A stretch of DNA of 64,000 nt, from the NCBI GenBank assembly GCA_000934665.2, contig KZ538513.1, forward strand, positions 1 to 64,000, read 5' to 3'. The notes beneath the pieces were generated by a model. That model searched no databases and had not been told where the DNA came from. It saw only the letters and a list, made by a program, of their open reading frames with translations. Of the stretch, positions 39,522 through 51,500 are shown in pieces (position 1 is the first letter of the stretch; each line of letters begins with the position of its first letter). A program made the translations under genes and the position numbers. The DNA is from Catajapyx aquilonaris. Lineage: Eukaryota.

Positions 39522-42500
39522 ATGAGCCTGGAGACGCTTCTGGAGGCCGCCCGGTACCTGGAATATCGAGCCCAGGCCAAAGCACGTGGTAAGTCAATGA
39601 CGCACATTGTAACGCACACACGTCATTTAGTGGGGAGGTACAAGTATAGATGTCCATATTTCCAACACTTGTTTTTTTTAAATATATTTCCAAGCGTGCA
39701 ATGCACGTGTGTATGTAACTGCGTATTTCGCTCTTTTTTTTTGTGCGCTTATCAAATGGTAGGTGCACGTGGTGTACTCGGGCTCACGTGTTTTGCGCCG
39801 TTACCTGTGGGGGGCCGGGGGTGTATTGATCAATTGCGATAAAGTACAGAGGCGTGAGAGGCACCGTACTTTGTGCACGGCCGCGCACGCCGGACCCCCT
39901 GGGCGGTGTTGCCATGGCTACCCCCCACGGAAAACCTGTACGTCCTACACGTGGCTGGGAGTCACACGACCACATGATGCATCGGATTGTCGGAAGACAG
40001 TGCATCATGTAGACTTAGCAGCCACGTGTAGCCATCACACTATACCGGTGAGGATAACAAATGTGGCCAAAATTAGGATATTTACATATTGGACCAATCA
40101 GGAAGACGGATTTGCCCACGAACGGGATTAGGAATTGTGACGTCATCAGCCACTTTCTCTGCCTATCATCGGCTTATAAATGTGGCGAAAATTAGGATAT
40201 TTGTTTAAATTTTAAATTTTAAATTTTTATATTTATACCCCATTGGGAGAATCGGCGGTCCATTAGGGGGGTGGAGTACCACCATTGGATGGGACCAGGG
40301 ATAGGGAAGGAAAGAGGCGGCTGTGGCCTATTATACGGAAACGATCCCGGAATTGTCCTGGGGGGACCGTATGCAAAAACCACATAAAACCACGGTCAGG
40401 GTTGCTGGCCCCGGGATTCGAACCCAGGACCTTCCGATTAGCAGGCGGGCTCCTTAACCACCACATCAACCTGCTTCGGTAAAATTAGGATATTTAAGTA
40501 GCGGACCAATCAGGAAGCTGGATTTGGCCACAGGAATTGTGACGTCGCATCACCGGATTTTGGACGTCACAGTCCACTTTTCGCTGCCTTTTATACCCAT
40601 CGGCTTATACGCAAAGGCATCGGATCAGTACGTCACAATAAAAGTGGACTGTGACGTCACAATTCCTGGCCCGCTCGTGGGCAAATTAGGCTTCCTGATT
40701 GGTCCCATACTTAATTACGCGAATTTTGGCATGATTTAACGCTGTTTTTGCTGCATTGTTGACCTCACAGTTTCGTTTCTAATCAAGGGGGTTATTCACT
40801 AAGGGTTCGTGTATACCTTCGTAGGTAGTTCGCAGGTAGTCCAGCCTGGACTACCCGGGTAGTTCGGTAGTCCATGCATAGACCTTAGAGCGTGGGTCTA
40901 AGGTCTAAGGTCTATGAGTCCATGTACGAAAAAAAAATGTGAGTGAATAACCCCTCGCTAAGGGTAGTCCGTGTATACATCTTCGTAGGTACAGTTGTAG
41001 TCCGAGTAGTCCAGCCTGGACTATCCAAGGTAGTCCGGGTAGTCCATGTACGAAAACAATGTAAGGGAATAACCCCTCGCTAAGGGTAGTCCGTGTATAC
41101 ACCTTAGGTAGTCCGGGTAGTCCAGCCTGGACTACCCAAGTAGTCCGGGTAGTCCCATGTACGAAAAAAATGTAAGTGAATAACCCCTCGCTAAGGGTAG
41201 TCCGTGCATACACCTTAGGTAGTCCGATGTTAGTCCGGGTAGTCCAGCCTGGCCTGGACTACCCAAATAGTCCGAGGGAGTCCAAGATAGTCCGGGTAAG
41301 TCCATATGCGAAAAAAATGTAAGTGAATAACCCCTCCCTAAGGGTAGTCCGTGTATACATCTTCGTATATAGTCCGGGTAGTCCGAGGTAGTCCGTGTAC
41401 AGTACGACGCAAAAAAAAAAAATGTCGCGCATTGTTTCGGACATCTGCTTATAAAAGGCAGCGAATTTCCACGTCACAAGAAGTGGAATGTGACATCAGA
41501 AATCCGGCGATGTGACGTCACAATTCCTTGCCCGCACGTGGGTCAAATCCTGCTTCCTGATTGGTTCGCTACTGAAATACCCTAATTTCTCCGGCTTTTT
41601 TGGGGGGGTCCATTGTTGACCTCATCGTGTGTGGGATGGGTTTTTTTTAAAGGTTCGGAGGGGGTGNNNNNNNNNNNNNNNNNNNNNNNNNNNNNNNNNN
41701 NNNNNNNNNNNNNNNNNNNNNNNNNNNNNNNNNNNNNNNNNNNNNNNNNNNNNNNNNNNNNNNNNNNNNNNNNNNNNNNNNNNNNNNNNNNNNNNNNNNN
41801 NNNNNNNNNNNNNNNNNNNNNNNNNNNNNNNNNNNNNNNNNNNNNNNNNNNNNNNNNNGGGGGGGGGGGGGGGGGGGGTTTGACCGCGTGGATGGGATGA
41901 CGTCACAGCCTCGTGGGCCCCGGCAGAGGGGAGCTGTTGCCATACTCATTGGCAAATGACGGCAGATGGCGTATGCCAGCAACAATGGCGCATTGTCGGG
42001 TGTGAATCACCGGATGTTGATGTCTATAAAAACTGGACCGGAGCAGTTGTATATAGGCTTGTGATTTCCTCCTTAGCCGTGCAATCCTCTTGAGGGCTGG
42101 GTGACGTCAAATTCTTTTCTGCAACCGACCGGATCTTGTGACGTCACTGTCGGTGCCAAATATTGAACTCGGGGCGTGGCCGATTTATTAATGGGGGGGG
42201 GGGNGGGGGGGGGACGATGCTCCACGTACCGCTCTAAAGCCAATGAGCTCGTTACAAGAGGGGGGCAAATAATGACCGTGATTCGAGTAGACTTTTTTTA
42301 CAATGACATAGAATGTTGTAAGTCTCAAAGTGGGTATAGTCACTCCTCACAAATGTGTACACTTGGATCACCATGAGTATATGTCTTATTTTCCGTTGCG
42401 AATAAAAGTCTCAAGAAAATGGTTTCCAAATCATGTAGACCTTGGCGGATACAGTGAACCTGCAGAACCGGAAGTGGGTGGTCACCGGAAGTTGATCATG

Positions 42501-45500
42501 GTGCCTTATTGGGGGGTCCGTTGAATCCGAATCCGAAAACCGTTTGTCGCCATCTCTTTCCGTTCGGGTCCTGATACCTGTCCACATATATTTTTGTTAA
42601 AAAAAATGAGAAAAACAGCGCTATTTTTTTGTGATTTTTGCGCAATTTTTTTTAAAGGACTTGTTGCGACAATTTTGGGGACGACGCAATTTGCTATGTG
42701 AAGGACATGAAGATTGAGCGCATGACCGGACCGTATAAAATAAACAGCGGAAATAAACATTATCTGGATGCATCTAGTGCTAGGATTACAGTGTGACGTC
42801 ACGGCTAAAATAAGCCAGGTCCAAGGTACTGTTAGGTAATTGTTTTTAGCTGAGGTAGTTTGGGAATGGCCCATGGTTCAGCACGTGCCATTCCATCGCC
42901 GGATGACCTATTGATATTTCGTGGGTCAAAGGTCAAAATCGGCAACAATGTGGGGAGGTGCTGCTGCTGCTGCCTATTTTTTTTTCGCCCCACTCCAGAC
43001 GGATCGACCGTGGGTGTGGGTATGGCGGTGACGTAGACCGTGACATCGGCCGTGACGTTGGCGCAAAAGGGGCCGGACCGACAACCACGTGAGTCGCGGT
43101 TTGTCTCCTACTCAAACCCACCCACTTTCACCCCCCTCCACCCATTTCACCCACCCACACTAAGGGAGGGGTGGGGGGCAACCTAGAACTCTAGGATGGC
43201 CTCCAAGTCTTTGCAGTCGTAGGGGACAGGCCGGCCAAGACGGGTCTTCGGAGGTGATGTGGTAGAAGTGTTTGTTCCGGGGTGGTGTTGCGGATGCCCA
43301 ATATGGGCGTGTTGGTGGAAACAGGAAGTGCAGGAGCTGGATGGACACCGCCGCCCAAGAAGAGGTGGATCCAGGGATACCTGCAATTAGGTGACCCGAA
43401 ATTTTGGAGCGTTGGCGTACCGTTCGAGTAGCGGTCCACTTGTTGCTATTTTAGTGGCGGCCACTGTACAGCCCGGAAAGAAAGAGCAACAAGTACGGCC
43501 GTGTCGGGTAACAGGGACTGTCTATACTCGATACCACTATTCTAATCAGAAATTTCGGATAACTGGGACTGTCGATACCACTATTCGGATCAGCAGTGTC
43601 GGAGAACAGGAACTCGTGATGCCACTTAGTATCAGCAATGTCGGATAACAGGGACTGTCGATACCACTAGTCGGATAACCGGGAGTCCGGGACTGTCGAT
43701 ACCACTATTCGGATCAGCAGGGTCGGAGAACAGGGACTCGCGATGCCACTATTAGTGTCAGCAATGTCGGATAACAGGGACTGTCGATACCACTAGTCGG
43801 ATCAGCAGGGTCGGAGAACAGGGACTCGCGATGCCACTATTAGTATCAGCAATGTCGGATAACAGTGACTGTCGATACCGCTATTCGGATCAGCAGAGTC
43901 GGAGAACAGGGATTCGCGATGCCACTATTAGTATCTGCAATGTCGGATAACAGGGACTGTCGATACCACGAGTCGGATAACCGGGAGTCCGGGACTCTCG
44001 ATGCCACTATTAGTATCAGCAATGTCGGATAACCGGGACTGTCGATACCAGTTGTCGGAGTACCGGGAGTCCGGGACTGTCGTGACCACTATTCGGTTCA
44101 GAAGGGTCGGATAACAGGTACTCTCGATGCTACTATTAGTATCAGCTATGTCGGATAACTGATAACAGGGACTCTCGATACAACTATTCATATAAGAAAT
44201 GTCGGATAACCGGGAGACTTGGGATTAGCAATGCCGGATAACCGGGAGACTTGTGATTGGTAATGTCGGATAACCGGTAGGGGCGATACCATAGCAATGT
44301 CGGATAACCGGTACTGCCGATACAACTATTCAGATCAGAAATGTTGGATAACCGAGAGACTATTCGGATTAGCGATGTCGGGATAACCCGGAGTGGCGGT
44401 GCCATGGCAATGTCGGATAACCGGGATTGTCGATGACGCTTATTCAGTTCAGATCAGAAATATCTGATATCACTATTTGGGATCGGCCATGCCGTTGACC
44501 TCCAACCGGTCACCTCCATTATAGGCGATTGTATAGATAAGTTACGGAAAAAAATTATTTTTTTTTAAAAAATGGGCAAGCTACCAAAATGCGGTCAGTT
44601 CCAGTTGAAAGTGACCCCAACGGAGGGTGTGACCCTTCCGATTTACGTCCGATAGTCACGGGCGATTACAATAGTAGGTCGATGGATTCTACGCAATGGG
44701 GGTGGTCGTCCCCCCCAACAGCGGGCCGCGATAAGCACGTGTTTATTCGAGTAAAAGGAGACCAGGCGTTGTGGGGAGTGGGGGAAAGAGAGGGGGGGGG
44801 GGTTTGTGACGCAACTGGAGGTCACGTCTACTACGTGCAACCCCACACGTGTGTGCACGTGGACTGATAATTATGTGCCGTGTTTTAAATGGAGGTAGCT
44901 CAAAAAGCTATTTCCGCTGTTTATAGTCGGGCAACGATTGTGTGTGGGGCGTGGCTTTAGCTTAACCACGCCCACGATGATTTCAGAATAGTTTGGTTGA
45001 CTATATGGTGCTTAAAAAGCGGGGAATTGTCACCATCGATTTACGCACCTGTTACGTCCTACATGTTACTACGGCCAATTTCGACGTACCGTTTGCTCCA
45101 GTTTGTCGTTCAAGGAAACGTTATTTATAAAAGTAAGGAAAAGGGGGGGGGTTACAATTGTGAGGTACTCGTTTTACGTTCCCCGGTCTGGCTGTATTAA
45201 AATAGTGCAAATAGAGGCCTTGGAACTAGTTTTTTTTTATTCCGACTGGGCCAACGGCATCAGTATATTTTCATGACGTCAAGCGGTTGAGTGATCTCTT
45301 ACAATACGCATTATGTGGTATTAGCATAATATGACCTTTTTGCGCAACTTTTTTTTATATAAAATACATCGAATGGGGAATGTCCCAATAATGGTGCAAA
45401 TAAAGTGCATTGTTTATGAAGGTCGTTTTTTTTTTTTCTCACTATCGAAGCGATATGACCTTGTCTGGTTTAGGGTTGTATATACCCGTTGTAATTTCCA

Positions 45501-48500
45501 TGCCACGTGGCTTTTGCAGATGGGGAATGAATAGGGGTGGCCCATTGGGTGTGGGGTGTCGTCAGAAACAATCGACCTTGGCCTCGCGACGGATGGCTTT
45601 GAACGGCTATTGTTCCAGCTCCCGATAGGGTATCGATAACCTGGCCATAAACAGTGAAGGGCAGACAGGTACTGTATCGCTCAAAAAAACATGCAAAATC
45701 GTCTGTTTTTGAGCGATATAGTACTGTAGTACACTGAAAGTGCTTCCTTCCCTATCCTTGACCCCATCCAATGGTGGTATTCCACCCCCCCTAATGGGCC
45801 GCCGATTCTCCCAATGGGGTATAAATAATATAAATGACCTGTTAATTATTAGGGGTAATGTACTCGGTGCTATTTTTTTTTTTTAATTGCTGACTGGGCG
45901 CACATGTTGGTCGACACGTAAACATTTCAGGGATGACGTCACGTCTGGCCTCACGTTTTTGTTACCGGCCTCGTGGTGCCATTATCGGAGCGTGTCGAAT
46001 ATTTTTTTTTAAACTGTGGCCTAACCCCGGTTTTAATTTAATTAAATAGGTTTGGTGGTCGAAATATTTTTGGGCGTTTGTTTACGGACTGGGGCTGCTG
46101 TGCGACCGTGCAGTTCTTGACCCTACCTCTTTTTTACCAGGGGAGGAGCCGAAGGACTACCACACCTTTGCGGGCTCGGTGGGCATCGATAGATCCACAC
46201 CCCCTCCGCCACCTCCTCCCCCTCCTCCTCCGCCGCCGCCCCCTCCGCCCCCGCCCCATTCCTCCACCTCCCACCCTCCCAACTCCATCTCCCAGCCCAT
46301 CCGCAGCATCAGCAGCGGCCACCCCCCGAACGGCACCACCNNNNNNNNNNNNNNNNNNNNNNNNNNNNNNNNNNNNNNNNNNNNNNNNGCCAGCCCCCTC
46401 GATCTACCACCCGCACACGCCGCCCACGCATCGCACGCACTACTCCTCCGCCACCTCATCCACCTCCTCGTCCCCTCCAGCCGTCCACCCCCAGCATCCA
46501 GAGGATGACCGCCCCTCCGCCTCCTCGTCGCCAGGGTACCACCACAACAACGGGGCCGCCTACCGTCACCTGGCCGTCAACCACGTGCTCAGGCATGAGG
46601 AGATGCACGAGGCCAAGAGGAGGAACGGGTCAGTGTTGAACCAGAACGACGGTACCGTCGTTGAATGAGCCGCTAGTTGACAATGAACTGATGATTAAAA
46701 CGGACAGCTCATTTAGTTCACGAGGTACACGACAGATGCGGCGCTGTAATAGCTGCGTCAGTTCATGAAGTACACCACAGATGGCTCTGTAACAGTTCAT
46801 GAAATATGCAACAGATGGAGCTGTGGCAGCTGCGTTAGTTCATCAAGTATACCACAGATAGCGCTGGCCATTTCTGTTAGTTCCTTAAGTACACCACAGA
46901 TGGAGCCAGCCCCCCCCCCCTCCATGGGGACGGCTGGGCTCTTAACAAGTCCACCACCACCCGGATTTGGCGCTGCAGTCGATCACTACAGTGTTGGACA
47001 TTAATCGCGTCATACCGCTAGCGACAGTTTCCGATGCGGAAGATGTGCGAGAAAGAAATGGTAGGCCTTGGGTGACGTCACGGGCTGGGGACAAGTCTGT
47101 TTCTCCTGCCCCCCTAGCCGGTGACGTCACCCAAGGCCTACCTCTTCTTACTCGCACTGTATCACTTCGATTTGCACGTCTTCCGCATCGAAAACTGTCT
47201 CTAGGAGTAAGACGCGATCAGCGCCCCGGACACTACCTATACGTTCTTATCTTATCGCCTGCCGGGGCGTTTTGCTTGAGGTGCTCACCTGAGAGCGCCA
47301 TGAGACCTTTCACGGAGCAATCATGTGGCGACCCTACCGGAAACTTTATAGGTACAAAAGGGAAGCGCTACATTGGGGGACCCAACATGGTCGCCGGCGG
47401 ACATGTTGGGCCCGCATGTAGCGCTTCCCTTTTGTAGCTATAAAGTTCAGCGTTAGTCCGGTAGGGTCGCCACATAATAGCTCCGTGAAAGGTCTCATGG
47501 CGCTCTCAGGTGAGCACCTCATGCAAAACGCCTCGGCAGGGGATAGGTGGGAGTGTCCAGACCTTAGTATTCTCTGACCATGGGCGCGATTAATGTCCAA
47601 CACTCTACAGTGCTGGACATATTAGCAGTCCCTAAATATTTACTTATGTACTGTACCAAATCGCATTCGGGCGGATGACTTCTGAACTGTTCTGAACCTA
47701 CCTAAACCGTCAATTCCCATTTAAGTGCCAGTTTTCAGATTCGCCTACCATCCACCCGAATGTGATGGTGGGCGTATATGCGGGGTTGAATGTGAAGTGA
47801 CGATTTAGGTAGGTTCAGAACGGTTCAGAAGTCGTCCGCCCGAATACGATTAGGTACAGTGCGCCACATACGGGGATGCGGAGACTCGTTAAGCGCATGC
47901 AAAAGGAGAGGGAGTTGCGGAGGAATGCGTACCACAGATAGCTGTAAAAGCTGTGCTAGGACATGAAGCACAGATGGCGTCGTAACAGTATTAGTTCCTG
48001 AAGTAGGCTACAGATCTGTCAGACGTAAGAAGACCGTAACTCAAAAACGTTACGGTCTTCTTACGTCTGACGGCGGAGTGGTCCTGGCCAGTTCCTTTAG
48101 TACTCACAGATGGCGCTGGCCGTTTCTGTTACTTTCCGAAGTGCACCATAGATGGAGCTGTAACAAGCGTTAGTTCATGAAGTATTCCACAGATGGCGCT
48201 GGCCATTTCTGTTAGGTCCTTCAGTATAGCGCAGATGGCTCTGCCGTCAGCTTGCAAATACGGTACTGTAATGCAACAATGCCCGTATTTTCTCGCAGGG
48301 CCGGCACCAGGGAGGTCCACAACAAGCTGGAGAAGAACCGGAGGGCACATCTCAAGGAGTGCTTCGAGACCCTCAAGAAGCAGCTGCCCGCCCTGGAGGA
48401 CAAGAAGACCTCCAACCTCAGCATCCTCCGGAGCGCCCTCAGATACATCCAGGTAGTTGTTCGCTCTAGCATGAGGTCAAGCAACCTAAACAGCACAATA

Positions 48501-51500
48501 AATATTTCGGATACGTAGTACATAACAAACCCTTTTGTTGCATATGTCGCTGTTGGCCAAGGTTGGTCTGATAAATTTAGATTAACAAACCGTGTGTCGA
48601 AATTGCCTGAGGCGCCACCCAATGGGGCCAATAGCCCACAATGTACACAAGTGCACGCACGGCCTTGGTATAACTTTTTACACGTGTACGGCGTAACTTT
48701 TTTTAAACAAAATATTTCGCAATATTCTGGATACGCCACTCTTCCCCCACATTCTCTATCGATCGAGACGACGCAAAACGACCGGGCGGGGGGGGGGGGN
48801 NNNNNNNNNNNNCAGGTCAACGTCAAACAGTGTTGCCAATATTGCAAAAAAAATCGCGAAATTATTTTTTTTGAACGAACGAACAATTTGCACAACTGAA
48901 CTTACTGGCTATGCGCCAAATTTTGCATTTTTTTGCGTTGCCCCTGAATAGAGGACAGGATAGTTTGCAAATAGCTCGTAGCTTTTTTGCATACTGGCGC
49001 CGGCGCCTCTTTTTCGCATTTTTTTGGTTTGTTTTGGAAACTACGGCCTTGGAAGCAGGCTTTTTTGGGCTGAATTTTTTGGGTGGCCCACCCCATAACC
49101 AGCAGGAATTATTGCATGAACGGACATCGATCCGCGAAATTTTTTGGGCGAAAAATTTGGCAACATGCGCGCGCAGATTTTTTTTTTTGCAGGGGGGGAA
49201 AAACACGTGGTATGAGGGGGTTTTAAGCCACGTGGGCGTTGGCTGGATGGCTTATATAAGTTGGGAGAGCTGGATTTTAAATTTGGGTTATGCACGTGTC
49301 GGCTCAGAAACGCAGAAGTCTGGCCGCAGCGTGGAATACATTGCGGTGAATTTTTATTAAAGAAATTTTGTTGTTGAAATTTTATACACTATATACAGTA
49401 TAATAGCCTATATAATTAATTAATTAATTAATACCCCATTTGGGAATATCGGCGCTCCGTTAGAGGGGTGGAGTACCACCATTGGATGGGGCCAAGGATA
49501 GGGAAGGAATTAGGCGGCTGTTGCCTATTATACGGAAACAACCCCGGAATTTATTATCCTGGGGGGGACCGTGGAAAACCACGGTCAGGGAAGCCGGCCG
49601 CGGGATTCGAACCCAGATTAGCAGCGTCGGGCTCCTTAACCACTACACCGACCTGCTTCGGTATATATATATACTTAATGCAAAACGATGCCGATGCTAC
49701 ACGATTTTAATTAATAAATTTTTTCCCTGATTAACAAGTCTTGCGGCTAGTGTTTCTTGGCACGGTAGCTGCGGAGAGGCTGGGAGTCCGTGAATGGGAT
49801 GGTTTGGCAAATCTCAAAGAGTAGGAGAAGGCTGATTGTTGCCTGCGCTTGAAGGAAGCGCAATTTGCAGGGCTTGACAGGAGGGGTTTATTTCTGGTCG
49901 GCGGGTGCAGTCGGTTTTGGCCGGATGTGTCACGGCAAAGCTGGAGCAACCTTGGAAGGACACACAGTTTTTTTGGGGGGGAGTGTGTCGCTTTTTCTTT
50001 CATCATTCGGTGCGCTCGGTGTACGGAGAGTATGGAAAGTACTAGTCAATAATGAGTTACGCAGCTGCTCTGTGATGAAGCCGTAATTTAAGAGTTGATG
50101 CAAACTGCAGCTGGAGTCACATTAATATTAATGCTACTATGCTAATGAATCTTGATGCATGCGAGAAAATATATTCACTGTGGTCTCTCGGGCAGTAGAA
50201 AATAATTAATTTTCTCAGCAGTTTCATTGCCTTGATATTTCCAGTCGACATGTACAGCTCCGGCGGAAGTTTTTTGATTGAAACCGAGCACCTGACCCTT
50301 GGGGAATTTTTGGCAGCATCTGCACATTTAGAGCCGGCATAATTGGCCAGTATGCCAATGAAAATTTCACAATCCTTCCGGGAGCCCCCTGTATTTTGGC
50401 AGCCGGCGACACTTAAGCTCTCGCTAGGTGGTAATTTTGGGACATGCCTCGAGAAGAAGAAAACAAGTGGAGCATGCGTTTGGGGATTATGCTTGCAAGG
50501 GTTTTTTCACCTCTTTGAAACGGAGAAGGTGGCAAACTTGAAATGACCTTGACCTAGCAGATTTTTTTTGTTTGGAAGTGGCCAAAATATTCTTTGGGCA
50601 TTCGCTTGACATTGAATTTCACTAGTTGGCCTTGCAGCATACATGGGATCAATCAGCGAGGGAAATGTACTGCCATAACATGTACTCAATTACGTAACAA
50701 CCATGGAAAGTGAAGAAAAAAAAATTAATTGCCCTGCCTTGGATTTGAAGGTTCACATGTATTTTGAGGCTCGTCTATTTTTTGTTTTATAATAGAAAGA
50801 GAGAGAGAGACTGAAGAGGGCATTTTATAAGTGACCTTTTGTAGGGAGCTTGGCCGGACTTTGGACAAGGTCAGCTAGTTTTTGGTTGGGAGTAGTTTTC
50901 AAAAGTGGGTTGGGTAGAAACCGTGGCGGAGAGATAACTTGATTTAGCTGGATGTACGAGTTTGTTGACACTCGGTGGTTGCGACTTAGACGGTCGCAGA
51001 TTTTAACGGTGGAGAAAACAGAGCATCATAGTTTACGAATGCTTTCACCTGCTTTCATGGCACATTTGCTGTCACCACCGTAACGCTCGTGACTTGGTGT
51101 ACAAAATATTCATACTATGATTCCGTTTGACGTACTGTTGAATGATTAAATGTGTTGCTTTTCAGTTACTCAAACGCAGGGAAAGGGAGATGGAGCACGA
51201 GATGGAGAGACTGGCCCGTGAAAAGATATCGTCGCAGCAACGTTTGGTGTCGTTGAAGAAAGAGCTGTCTTCCCAGTGGGACCATGTGGACTTCTCAGCG
51301 CTTCTTCCAGAACCCACCGGTTTTGTACTTGAACGAGGTGGACGGAACCCAAGCGGGCAAGACCACGACTCGAATTCGACCACAACTGCAGATGGTTAGT
51401 TACACAAATGAGCAACCAGGTGCGGTGATATTAAATCATGCTTCGTGTTCAGAGGGTGCTGTGGGGAGCGACATGGAGGACCTTCGCGAGACTTCTCCTC

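Noticed and set aside
41667..41858. ORFs spanning N runs (also 48800-48812)
   Set aside because: These are assembly gaps next to poly-G tracts and carry no information.
43502..44460. CRISPR-like repeat array
   Set aside because: Units are contiguous degenerate tandem copies without unique spacers, in a eukaryotic intron with no cas genes.
46341..46388. Apparent frameshift in Mnt exon 2
   Set aside because: The frame change falls across an N gap of estimated length, so it is an assembly artifact rather than pseudogenisation.
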